Source of the DNA: Sphaerodactylus townsendi
Lineage: Eukaryota
Length of the DNA stretch: 63,404 bases
NCBI RefSeq assembly: GCF_021028975.2
Contig: NC_059438.1
Coordinates: 36,332,001 to 36,395,404 of the forward strand
Reading direction: 5' to 3'
Positions 24,486 through 35,810 of this stretch are shown here, in pieces. Within the stretch, counting starts at the first letter, position 1, and every line of letters begins with the position of its first letter. The notes below the pieces were generated by a model. That model worked only from the letters and a program-made list of their open reading frames with translations. It did no database searches and was not told where the DNA came from. Made by a program: the position numbers and the translations under genes.

Positions 24486-26906
24486 CTGACTTATTGCGGC
24501 TTCATCACCAATGACGGCTGAATCACCTGTGATTAACAAAGGATCCGGTTGATCGCAAGCCTGCTGCGGTGTCAGAGTATTTGTGCAGCTTCCAATTGGA
24601 AAGAGAATCTGACTTTTCCGAGAACCCGAAGTTAATGAAAGCTCGTGACAGTAGGAGCGAAGAAATGCTCGGACTCCATCGATCCCCACAAACTGTGAGA
24701 CAGGAACACCGGTGAAAGTCACACTCCCAGAATCACACAACTGAGAATGCCTCCATCTGCGAAGTCTGAGAGCCAGCAGTACAAGGAGGAAGGCGAAAAA
24801 CAAGCAGGAGACAAAAGCCACAGCAACCACCAGGTAGAAGGTGAGGTCTGATTGGGGGTCTTCAGGAGCTGAGATGCTGCTCAGATCTGTGATGACATCA
24901 GGGATGCTGTCAGCTAGCACCACTGTGACTGTGACTGAGGCAGACAGAGGTGGCTGCCCATTGTCCTTCACTAAAACCACCAGGCTTTGCTTGAGAGCAT
25001 CCTTGTCCACAAAGAAACGGGCTGTCCTGATCTCTCCAGTGTGGAGTCCTATGGTGAACAGCCCAGGCTCTGTGGCCTTCACTAACTGATAGGAGAGCCA
25101 GGCATTCTGGGCAGAATCTGCATCCACCGCCACCACCTTAGTGACCAGATAGCCAGGCTCAGAGGAGCGAGGGGCCAGCTCTACTCCAGTGGAGTCATCA
25201 GTGGGAGCCGAAGGGTACAAGATTTGGGGAGAGTTGTCATTTTGATCTAAAATTAAGAGAATCACTGAGACATTGGAGCTGAGTGGCGGGGAGCCTCCAT
25301 CTTGAGCCTTGACCTGGAAATTAATTTCTCTGAATTGCTCATAATCAAAGGAGTTTAAGGCATAAACAACCCCAGTTTCGGAATTAATAGACAAGTATGA
25401 GGAAAGAATGGAATTCTTGTGTCCTTCAATGACTGAATAAGTTATTCTAGAATTCTCGTCACAATCCGGATCATTTGCGGTTAAAGAAAAAATCGAGGCT
25501 CCTCTTGGATTATTCTCCAGGAGATAAGACACGTAGGATGATTCTGCAAATACAGGAGCATTGTCATTTCTGTCTAGAATCTGTAGTGATATGTGGGCAG
25601 ACGTAGAAAGTGATGGCGTCCCATTATCAGCAGCAGTAATGACAACATTATAGTTTCCTACTCTCTCCCTGTCAAGGTTATCATATGTCACTAAACTATA
25701 AAAGTGGTCCATCGATTTCTTCAATTGGAAAGGCAGTTCATTTGGGATTGAGCACGTGACCTCACCATTGACTCCTGAATCTCTATCTTGCACATTTAAG
25801 AGAGCGATAACAGTGCCTACTGGAGAGTTTTCAGGTATGGTGTTGATTAAAAAGTTGGTTGCCATTTCAGGGGCATTGTCATTCAGATCCGTAACCACAA
25901 CCACAACTTGTGACCAGTCACTAAGCCCGCCCCCATCCTCTGCATTCACCTCAAAGTCATGTAGCGAAGCCTCCTCATAATCAAGACTGCCTACAAGTGT
26001 TATAACACCAGTCGTTGAGTTTAAAAGAAACGTTTTAGAATCTTTCTCTGTGATTTTTTTGAATGAATATTTTATCTCTCCATTGATGCCTTCATCTAGA
26101 TCAGTGGCTCTTACAGCAGCTATAACGGACCCTTTAGGAATGTTTTCTTCAACCTTAGCTTTGTAGGCTGGCTGGCTGAAAACGGGCACGTTGTCATTTG
26201 CATCCAGAACTATAACATGGATTTGCGTAGTGCCAGATCTCACGGGATCGCCCCCATCGGTAGCGGTGAGGATTAGATCATGAACTGGTTGCTCTTCCCT
26301 GTCCAGACTTTTTTCCAACACCAGTTTGATGTGCCTAGCACCAGTTTCTCTCGTTTGCACATCTAAAGAAAAATGGCTGCTGCCTATCAGATGGTAGCTC
26401 TGTACAGAATTGGTGCCCAGATCTGGATCTTGAGCTTCAGGAAGAGGAAACTGGGACCCCAGCATAGATGACTCACTAATTTTCAGTTTCTGTTTCCCGG
26501 ATGAGAACTGTGGAGCATTATCATTTATGTCAATAATTTTCACTTCAATTCCATAGATCTCTAACTTATTCTCAATAATAACCTGTAAATTTAACAAGCA
26601 GTCCTCCGCCTTTCCACAAATTTCCTCCCTGTCTATTCTCTCAGAGGTTTGCAAATGGCCAGTGATGACATTTAAAGTAAAATACTGACTTGTACCTCTA
26701 TGGGAGATAATCCGGAGTCCATGTTCTGAAAGATGCTTTCCATCCATTCCCAGATCCTTTGTGATATTCCCCACAAAGGAGCCTTTCTGCATCTCTTCAG
26801 GAATGGAATAGCGAATCTGCTCAGCAATGGCCTTCCACACAAACAGCATGATAAAGCACTGCAGGATTCCTTCTTTATTCTTCCACAGCCTCTGAGTTTC
26901 TTCCAT
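24486..26906 (-). CDS. PCDHG: Protocadherin gamma-A-like variable exon (intact)
   Basis: 826-aa ORF with six EC repeats, TM and gamma-A tail. CAG|GTAGGC donor at 24486/24485. Confidence 0.93.
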
Positions 26907-27089
26907 TTCTTAGCAGAAGGTTAAAAAAACACAGATCCTAGTGCAAAGGCTTCTCTCTTTTTTGCTTCAAAGCAAGTGTACCCTTCTTTCACTTCCCTGA
27001 AACGTCTGTAGAAGTCTGATCTCTGTGTTGTATTTCGTACTTACCTATTAAAGAATTGCACGAATGTGTTAGCTGGAATCAAGTTGGTG

Positions 27090-27110
27090 AACAGTGGCAC
27101 CCAGAGTACC
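27090..27110 (-). promoter_or_regulatory. Pcdh-gamma CSE (CTCF site)
   Basis: Minus strand GGTACTCTGGGTGCCACTGTT with upstream CTGCAG module. Confidence 0.75.
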
Positions 27111-29317
27111 AGCGAAAAACTGCAGATTATTTTTTTGCTATGATAGCAATTCTACAATGCCATTCTAAAATTCTTCTTTAGATTTCAGGCAGGGGTTTCA
27201 GACATAATTCAAACTCAAAACCAGTCAACTAATCAACAAGGGGAAAGTTTTAAATATTCTCCTAACACTCAAGGAGAATACCAATACTACTAATACTTAA
27301 GAAGGATGATATCAATACTATGCACCCCAACCTCAAATCCTTCCCTCAACTTGGGAGATATAACAACATGATGCTTTTGGAAACTCCAGTTCCATCATTT
27401 AAGAAGGAAAAGATTCCAAGAACCAGGCATTTGCACACAGAAGGTCTTCATTAGAAACTATGCCCCCTTCCGCACACACAAAATAATGCGTTTTCAAACC
27501 ACTTTCACAACTGTTTGCAAGTGGATTTTGCTATTCCACACAGCTTCAAAGAGCACTGAAAGCAGTTTGAAAGTGCATTATTCTACACATGCGGAATGAG
27601 CCTAAGCTAGCCAGTCATGCTGTATAGTTAACCAGCTATATGATATGCCAGACCACTGTTTGTCAGACTACAGCAACATGCCATAGTGCTTCAAGTATCA
27701 GTCGTCAATAGTGACTGGAAAATATTTTCAGCAAAAACTCCAGACCAAGAGCAAAGAACATATAAGAATGAAGGTCAGCACGCACCTTGTACAAAGAAGT
27801 CTTTTTACACCCGTACCCTCTAAACTCTTTCTTTTGGGATATGTCCAACTGGTAAGAGCAACTTCAGTAGGCTCATTGCAAAAGTATTCGTTTTAGCTTT
27901 TAGGTGAAAGTGTATTCTGCAATTTTATTATAGCTAATTAAAAGGAATCATTTTGCATAACCCAATTGGTTACAGATATTTGGTGTTTTTGGTGGTCTAA
28001 TTGTACCCATCCTCTGTGAACAAAACAAAGTTCTGGGATCCCTAACAGGGGCATGGATGTGGTCAGAGATTCAATTCTAAATTTCAGTTAACATTAATCA
28101 GTTTAAGTAACTTATTCCATTTCATTTAGCACATAAAAACTCAGGTATAACTTACTTTTTTTAAAAAAATATGTGCCAAATGTAATTAATGGATAACCCT
28201 AAGAGGCTACTTACTTCTCAATAGATTATACAACACATTAACACTGTCAACACAAACATTTTCAAGACACGTGCTAGGCTCCTTCCGCACACGCAAAATA
28301 ATGCGTGTTAAATACTACTTGGACCACTGCTTGCAAGTGAACAGTGCTATTCTCAAGCACAGCTTCAAAGAGCACTGAAAGCAGTTTGAAAGTGCATTAT
28401 TTTGCATATGCGGAATGAGCCTGAGGTTCATTATAAGAGGTTCCTTAGAGTTTTTCAGCTATTTCAAAGAATCTTGCCCAAACATGAAACCTTGACTTTC
28501 TTTTTGATTCTTGAATATTCTGCCAAAAACCAACTCATTGCAAAACTCTAGTTTATATTCCAATAGATACTCATTCCAAGCACATGTAGTCAATGCACTT
28601 TCAAACTGCTTTCAGTGTTCTTTGAAGCTGTGCGGAATGGCAAAATCCACTGGCAAACAGTTGTGAAAGTGGTTTGAAAACGCATTATTTTGCGTGTGCG
28701 GAAGGGGTCACAGATTTATCTCTTGCATCCATTATGACAACCTTCTGTGCTCTGGACTTCTTAAATTTCCAGTTTTCTACCTCAATTTTCCTCCTGTCCA
28801 AATCAGATCATAAGCTCACTTGCCTATTTATTTAAAACATTTATATCTGGACATATTTCCTCAGACTTAGGGTAGCTACGTATACAAAAGTAATTATTTT
28901 GCATTGACAGTTGAAGCAGAAACCTGCCTTTTTAACATATGTTCCTCTGTAATTCATGAAAATTATAACTATATGAATATTTGAAGCTGCTTTGTATTGA
29001 CACAAAGCATCAGCTCTTCAACATCTTCAGTGGAATTTTGCCCCAGCCCCATTACCTGTGTCATTTGTAATTGTAGGTGGTGGAGACTGAACATGGAATC
29101 TTCTATATGCATAGGAGGTTCAAGATCTGAGCTGAGTGCTTAAATTGCAGAATAAACTGCTCTGAAAACCACAACATTGGGACCAAAGAAAATCCTCTTC
29201 CCTCTTTATATACAAAGGCATATGTAAATAATGCATTTCGGTGCGGCCCACGGATTTTACTGCCATTTAGGGGGCTCAACAGGAAAAAGATGATCAAGAT
29301 AAGAAATGATGTTGGAC

Positions 29318-29708
29318 CTGTGGTGGGATCCAAAAAATTTAGTAACAGGTTCCCATGGTGGTGGGATTCAAACTGTGGCGTAGCGCCAATGGGGCAGGGC
29401 GGGGCACGATGGGGGCATGGCCGAGCATTCCGCGGCGGGGCATTCCTGGGCGGGGCTGTGGCAAGGACGCAGCTGCTGCGCCGGTTCTTGGGCAGGAAAC
29501 GAATGCACACAGGCGCAGGCTGCCATGCACGCCAGTGCACCTCCTGCTAGACTGCTTCAAGTTCTGTGCGCTACTGCTGAGAGGAGAGGTGTAACTAAGG
29601 CAAAAATCACGTGGCAAAATCACCAATTAGTAGCCCCCTCTCAGCACATACAAATAATTAGTAACCTACTCTCGGGAACCTGAGAGAACCTGCTGGATCC
29701 CACCTCTG
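29318..29708 (+). mobile_element. hAT-like MITE family 1
   Basis: 8-bp TSD TGTTGGAC. Confidence 0.9.
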
Positions 29709-30509
29709 TGTTGGACTCCTTGCCCGTAACTGACTATGACCAAGTAAGACCAATTCAGTGGTGTCAGAGTAGCTGGATGTCAACCAAGTAGTGCCAAAAA
29801 AAATTCCTGCCAGTTTTCAAGCAGGCACAGACTCCTTGGGTGATCATCAAGGCAATCCCTTTGATTCCTAAGAGGAGAAGAAGAAGAGTTGGTTTTTATA
29901 TCCCACTTCCCTCTACTGAAAGGAGTCTCAAAGCAGCTTACAATCACCCTGTCAGACCCCTTGTGAGGTAGGTGGGGCTGAGAGAGTTCTGACAGAACTG
30001 TAACAAGTCCAAGACAACCCAAAAGGCTTCATGTGGAGGAGTTGGGCACCAAGCCTGGTTCTCCTGATCAGAATCTGCCGTTCTCTAGGGGTAGGATGGT
30101 TGGGATTGTGATCCTGCTATTGGCATGATTCAGGAACCAGATTGTCCAGGGGTGTCAGATATGGACTATGTTTCAGAATAGGAAAAGGACTTTGGGCATG
30201 AATGTTCATATCTTCTAGATGGGTGCCAAATAGCGCTAAAGTACCATACACCCCCTTTGATTTCGGGATTCCTACCGTACCGGATAGCCTTGGTAGTACT
30301 ACCTCTCCCTTTTTCTGGCCCAACGTCTGACTGGGATATACCTAAACCCAATAAGTACTTTTTGGCAATAAAATGTCAAAAGTAGTCATGTTTAAATGTT
30401 ATCCATCCCAAATTCTGAGACTCTTGTGGGACAGACTGATACTGCAACAGAGTAGGATCTGATCATGTCATATACTTCCACAATATTGTCAGCTTAGATC
30501 CAATCAAAG

Positions 30510-30774
30510 TTGGTGTACAGACTGCCGCGGTGGTTAAGAAGGCCCAGCAAAGACTGTACTATCTGAGAGTTTTAAGGAAACAACAACTGAATGGAAAACT
30601 CCTGGTGTCCTTTTACCGCTGTGCTATAGAGAGTGTCTTAACCTACTGCATCTGTGTATGGTTCTCCAGTTGCACAGTGGCAGATAGGAAGGCGCTCCAA
30701 AGGGTGATCACTACTGCACAGAGGATTATCGGCTGCCCTCTCCTCCTCCTTGGAAGAACTCTATAATTCCCGAA
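30510..30774 (+). mobile_element. Rex1/Babar-like LINE fragment running into gap
   Basis: VKKAQQRLYYLRVLRK...FYRCAIESVLTYCICVWF...RKALQRVITTAQRIIG. Confidence 0.75.
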
Positions 30775-30867
30775 NNNNNNNNNNNNNNNNNNNNNNNNNN
30801 NNNNNNNNNNNNNNNNNNNNNNNNNNNNNNNNNNNNNNNNNNNNNNNNNNNNNNNNNNNNNNNNNNN
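30775..30867. other. Assembly gap (93 N)
   Basis: N run. Confidence 1.
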
Positions 30868-31160
30868 CAATTGGAATTGTAGTCCATGAATATCTGGAGA
30901 GCCGCAGGTTGCAGACCCCTGGCCAAGAGCATTCAGTCCGTTGTCAAACCCGTCTCTATTTGTGCAAAGTGATCCAGAAGGAAGCAATTGAAGCAACGTA
31001 AGACCATTGAAGCAAGCGTTGACTGGCTGCTCCACAGATCCCATTGGACAAGCCACAAAAGCCAGAAATATTACACCCAATAGGGCAGCGGGTCCGGCGC
31101 CGAGGGCAACAGCTCTGTGATGCTTTCAAGCACTCGCAAAAGCTGAAAATAAAAATCTAA

Positions 31161-31301
31161 GGCCCCTTCCGCACACGCAAAATAATGCGTTTTCAAACCA
31201 CTTTCACAACTGTTTGCAAGTGGATTTTGCCATTCCGCACAGCTTCAAAGAGCACTGAAAGCAGTTTGAAAGGTCATTATTCTGCATGTGCGGAATGAGC
31301 C
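31161..31301. mobile_element. About 140-bp Harbinger-like MITE
   Basis: TIR GGCCCCTTCCGCAC / GTGCGGAATGAGCC with TAA/TAT flanks. Further copies at about 19706-19846, 27462-27602, 28277-28421, 28568-28709 and 54041-54171. Confidence 0.75.
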
Positions 31302-31488
31302 TATGAGAATTGCAGAACCAGTTCAGCTTATGTGAAAAGACCTAGAGTCCCCAACGCACAGCATCATTTCTTGTGCGCTGAGGAAACGGCGAGGAGCCTC
31401 TCCCTGCCCATTTCTGTTGCGGAGCCTCAAATTTAGTCAGGGTTCATTGCATATTTGTTTATTAAACTCCAGCCAAGGAAAAACTCAC

Positions 31489-31604
31489 CAGAGGCGACCC
31501 CAGCAACCACCTGGTGTGGGAAGTGGGCGGCCAGGAAGACTCGGGATAAACAGACACCCAACTGCACGGCCCAGAATCCTGCCCAGAGGAAGCCGCTCAG
31601 ACAC
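31489..31604 (-). CDS. G6PC1: G6PC1-like paralog A, exon 4 (116 bp); exon 5 not present before the gap
   Basis: [38 protein letters not shown] (SRxxxxxHxxxQ motif); canonical splice sites. Confidence 0.92.
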
Positions 31605-31908
31605 CTGCAGGTGAGGAGGAGGAGGAGGGTGGGTTCATGCGGTGGCCAAGGTAGGCATTTGCCCCACAGTGCCAACGAAACCTGCAGAATCTTCAATGCT
31701 CAGCGCCACACCCAAGTTCTTTAAAAAGTTCAGTAAAGCACATTGAGCAAAAACGAAAGGTAACGTTTTTAAATATCAACTTTGATCTAGGAGAGTTATC
31801 TTCAGACCATGGGTGCTCAGAACACCAGGACTGTCAGGTTGCTGTGGATGCTGGGGGAAGGGAGCTCCAGGCTGGTCTTTCTGTGAACTTCTGTTCCTGT
31901 GTGAATCT

Positions 31909-32205
31909 GCTGCAGTGGCGTAGGAGGTTAAGAGCTCGTGTATCTAATCTGGAGGAACCGGGTTTGATTTCCCGCTCTGCCGCCTGAGCTGTGGAGGCTT
32001 CTCTGGGGAATTCAGATTAGCCTGTATACTCCCACACACGCCAGCTGGGTGACCTTGGGCTAGTCACAGCTTCTCGGAGCTCTCTCAGCCCCACCTGCCT
32101 CACAGGGTGTTTGTTGTGAGGGGGAAGGGCAAGGAGATTGTCAGCCCCTTTGAATCTCCTGCAGGAGAGAAAGGGGGGATATAAATCCAAACTCTTCTTC
32201 TTCTT
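31909..32205 (+). mobile_element. tRNA-derived SINE copy
   Basis: Same family. Confidence 0.8.
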
Positions 32206-32566
32206 AGCACCTTATCTTTCCCGCTTGCTAGTGAAGGCCACATACCTCGGTCTGTAGTGCAGCTGTGGGATTGTGCTGTGGGAGGGGGAAGTGAATTACT
32301 GGTTGCTGTATATTTTGAAAGGCTCTGCCGACCCGGCAGAGACTTCTTGCAATTGTACGGGACTCATCTTGCCCGCGATAAAGAAATCTTTGTTCACCAA
32401 CAAGTGTTTCAATTGACTGGTCAAAGGAGGTTCTGACAGGACAGAACATTTTCTGTCTCTGTTGACACGATGCAAGTTGCACAGTGCATCAAGACTGTGA
32501 GGCAGAGTGGAAAGGATTCCTCCGTTATCCTCACCTGGGGCTTTTTTCTTACTATGATGCACCTCC

Positions 32567-32836
32567 AGCAGCAGTGGCATAGGAGGTTAAGAGCTCATGT
32601 ATCTAATCTGGAGGAACTGTGTTTGATTCCCCGCTCTGCCACCTGAGCTATGGAGGCTTATCTGGGGAATTCAGATTAGCCTGTGCACTCCCATACACGC
32701 CAGCTGGGTGACCTTGGGCTAGTCACAGCTCTACGGAGCTCTCCCAGCCCCACCTACCTCACAGGGTGTTTGTTGTGAGGGGGGAAGGGCAAGGAGATTG
32801 TAAGCCCCTTTGAGTCTCCTGCAGGAGAGAAAGGGG
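32567..32836 (+). mobile_element. tRNA-derived SINE copy running into gap
   Basis: Same family. Confidence 0.8.
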
Positions 32837-32995
32837 NNNNNNNNNNNNNNNNNNNNNNNNNNNNNNNNNNNNNNNNNNNNNNNNNNNNNNNNNNNNNNNN
32901 NNNNNNNNNNNNNNNNNNNNNNNNNNNNNNNNNNNNNNNNNNNNNNNNNNNNNNNNNNNNNNNNNNNNNNNNNNNNNNNNNNNNNNNNNNNNNNN
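32837..32995. other. Assembly gap (159 N) within G6PC1-A intron 3
   Basis: N run; the exons on both sides are collinear. Confidence 1.
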
Positions 32996-33314
32996 AGTTT
33001 TCTTGGTGCACTGCTCACAGTCCTGTTCCTAACTGGTTTCCTGCCACATGACTGTGATGTTCTGGGTCAGTCAAGGGTCTATGGTCACTCTGCCTGTCCC
33101 ATGGCAGAAACGCAGCTATGTTGTGGGTCAATGAATGGCTCCAAAGAAAGGCTCTGAGCTGGCTTCTGCCACTCTTCAGGGGACACAAAGACTTTCATTT
33201 CATCACTTTGCAAAGGCACGTGAATGGCGAACTCCTGCAGAAGTTTCTGTCTCCACCTCTGTGCCTGGAACGGAATCTCCGTTCTCATGCAAAAGGTGGG
33301 AATAGTGGCCTCAC

Positions 33315-33420
33315 CTGGAAATCAAGGTGTTTTGCTGCAGCGGCAATAACTGGGCTAGCAGTGCCGTCCCCTGGACATAATAGACCCCGGAGGACCCCAT
33401 GGCGTGGCCGGACGGGCTGC
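33315..33420 (-). CDS. G6PC1: G6PC1-like paralog A, exon 3 (106 bp)
   Basis: [16 protein letters not shown] (PSGH motif); ttccag| acceptor and |gtgagg donor. Confidence 0.9.
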
Positions 33421-33512
33421 CTGGAAGGGACAAGCAGAAGAGTCACAGGTGGGAGGCGGGGCTTTACAGAAGCAACTTTCAAGGGAGATCTGGTTGGTTG
33501 GTACCGCCTCAC

Positions 33513-33622
33513 CTGGACCTGTCTCACAGGTGATGGGAAACTGCTGGATCACCGGCGGAGGTGTGCTACCATAAAAACCGGTCTCATGTACCCACCAATA
33601 GGGTCTCTGTCCAAAGAGGATC
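33513..33622 (-). CDS. G6PC1: G6PC1-like paralog A, exon 2 (110 bp)
   Basis: [14 protein letters not shown]...[11 protein letters not shown] with AG/GT boundaries; contains the RP of phosphatase motif 1. Confidence 0.92.
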
Positions 33623-33882
33623 CTGTAAAGAGGAAAGAATAAGTGCATTGCAAAGGGGTGTGCGTGTGTGTCTGTAACTCCACAAATTGGGGGAAGAGGG
33701 TCAGATGGCAAGAAACGGGCATTGCCAAACCAGGGCATACCACTCAAATTAAACTTTGAATGTCTGGTGTTTTTTTAAAAAAACCTTGAGTTTTCTAGCC
33801 CTCGCATTTGTAGAGTAAATACAAAAAATATTGTTTCTGGGCAGCGTCTGCTGCCAAAGACCTTGGAAACAGAACGAGGTGA

Positions 33883-34186
33883 GGAGCAGCAGTGGCGTAG
33901 GAGGTTAAGAGCTCGTGTATCTAATCTGGAGGGACCAGGTTTGATTCCCAGCTCTGCCGCCTGAGCTGTGGAGGCTTCTCTGGGGAATTCAGATTAGCCT
34001 GGGCACTCCCACGCACGCCAGCTGGGTGACCTTGGGCTAGTCACAGCTTCTCGGAGCTCTCTCAGCCCCACCTACCTCACAGGGTGTTTGTTGTGAGGGG
34101 GGAAGGGCAAGGAGATTGTCAGCCCCTTTGAGTCTCCTGCAGGAGAGAAAGGGGGGATAGAAATCCAAACTCTTCTTCTTCTTCTT
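33883..34186 (+). mobile_element. tRNA-derived SINE with (TTC)n tail (Squam3-like)
   Basis: A-box TGGCGTAGGAGG and B-box GGTTTGATTCC; many near-identical copies in the window. Confidence 0.8.
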
Positions 34187-34495
34187 GACCATGTTCTCTA
34201 CCCGCCATCCCACACTCTGAGGGCCTCAGCATTTACGTGGCATTTTTTTCTAAACACATCGTTTTTAAAAATCTGCAAGCTGAAAATAAATCTTGCAACC
34301 AAAATGGCATAGTCATAGAACGGCCAGATTTCTGTGTGTCGTCATCACTACACGTTCTCAGTTTTTGGCTAAACAAAACTTTTAATCCTTTTTTAAAAAG
34401 ATTGTTTTATTTAATGATCTTAATTTGTATATTCTTCAAGCCTACTGTACATTATTTTTAAAATGCCATTAAAGGTTTCAATTCAGTTCATAGAA

Positions 34496-35100
34496 CAGTG
34501 ATGGTGAACCTTTTCAAGACCGAGTGCCCAAATTGCAACCCAAAACCCACTTATTTATCGCAAAGTGCCAATGTAACCCCCATGCCCAGAATGGGTTGAA
34601 CCAGTAAGGGGGTGGAGACTCAGAGCAGCAGAAAGGCTGCAGAGCTCTTTGGAGAAGACAAGGCTACCAGACTTGGACCTTGATTTCTATAAGCCCTTAA
34701 CACCTTGTTAAAGGTTTCTTTTTGTGGTTGTAATGGGTGAGAGTTCTCCTGGAAACCTTCATCATGTTGCATCCTGTTCATCAAGCCTTTATTGAGGTTT
34801 TAGTTTAGAAAAAATAGTTGGCTCTGAGGCACGCATTGCTCAGGAGTAAGCTTAGTGAAGCAACCGTGCTTCAAATGAGTGAATCACAATCCTAGGAGGG
34901 TTTACTCAGAAGCAAGCCCCATTGCCAGCAACCGAGCTTACTCCCAGGTAAAGGATCATGCCCAGGCCAGCCTAGATGTGTGTGGGGGGGGAGGGTGATT
35001 TTCCACCCCCCTCCCCCATGATGAACTTTGTGTGCGAGTGCCCACAGAGAGGGCTCTGAGTGCCACCTCTGGCACCCGTGCCATAGGTTCACCACCACTG
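34496..35100. mobile_element. hAT-like non-autonomous element in G6PC1-A intron 1
   Basis: TIRs CAGTGATGGTGAACCT / AGGTTCACCACCACTG; 8-bp TSD TCATAGAA. Confidence 0.85.
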
Positions 35101-35217
35101 TCATAGAACCATAGAGCTGAGCAGATCCACAGGTAATTAATGTTAACCTTCTGCCCCAGGTGTAAAACCAGCCTCTTGCCAGACCAACCTGTGAGTTTGC
35201 CCCCCCCACTCCCTCCC

Positions 35218-35230
35218 GCCCCCCCCCCCC

Positions 35231-35268
<38 letters not shown>
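35218..35268. repeat. Poly-C tract
   Basis: About 50 nt of nearly pure C. Confidence 0.9.
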
Positions 35269-35273
<5 letters not shown>

Positions 35274-35421
35274 GACAGGCAAAGAGCGAAGCCGCAAAAT
35301 TTCTTCAGAGCAAGTGACCTCCGATTGTTCAAGCAACTGAATCAAGCAGCGATACTCAGGCCTCCACTTAAACCACAATCCCTTAATCTGGAAGTCCTGC
35401 CCCCAAAGAATCCATACTCAC

Positions 35422-35639
35422 CACTTGAAAATCAGGTTGAGCCAATCACCAATCACAGCTACCCAGATCAGCTGGATCCCCACAGACTCCTTCAGGTGGA
35501 ACCAGATGGGAAAGAAGACGAAGAAAGTGGTTCGGAGGTCAGCAGCAGCAGAGATGAAGAGAAACCCGTCCTGGAAGCCCATGAAGTTCTCTTGGAGATA
35601 GCAGGTGGTCTGGACTCCGATGCTATGCAAAAGGTCCAT
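35422..35639 (-). CDS. G6PC1: Glucose-6-phosphatase catalytic subunit 1-like, paralog A, exon 1
   Basis: [10 protein letters not shown]...[41 protein letters not shown]; donor TG|GTGAGT. Confidence 0.92.
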
Positions 35640-35696
35640 GGTTGCAAGTCAGGCTGGGATCAGCTTCCCCCAATGGGGCTCTTGCTCTTTCGCCAG

Positions 35697-35810
35697 CCTT
35701 TATCACCTATGAAACCCCTGATCTTTGATCCTTAGCCGCCTCTCCTGTCCAAAAAAATATTGACAGAGGCTGTACTACGAAGCAAAGTATGTGTTTGTTT
35801 GCAAGCCCTG
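35697..35810 (-). promoter_or_regulatory. G6PC1-like proximal promoter (TATA-like GATAAA, HNF4-like GGATCAAAGATCAGGG, forkhead-like TGTTTGTTT)
   Basis: The motifs lie 60-170 bp upstream of the ATG. CAAAGATCAGGG matches the HNF4 element I recall from mammalian G6PC promoters. Confidence 0.5.

Noticed and set aside
33883-33960. tRNA gene
   Set aside because: The A and B boxes belong to a SINE head repeated many times with a common body and tail.
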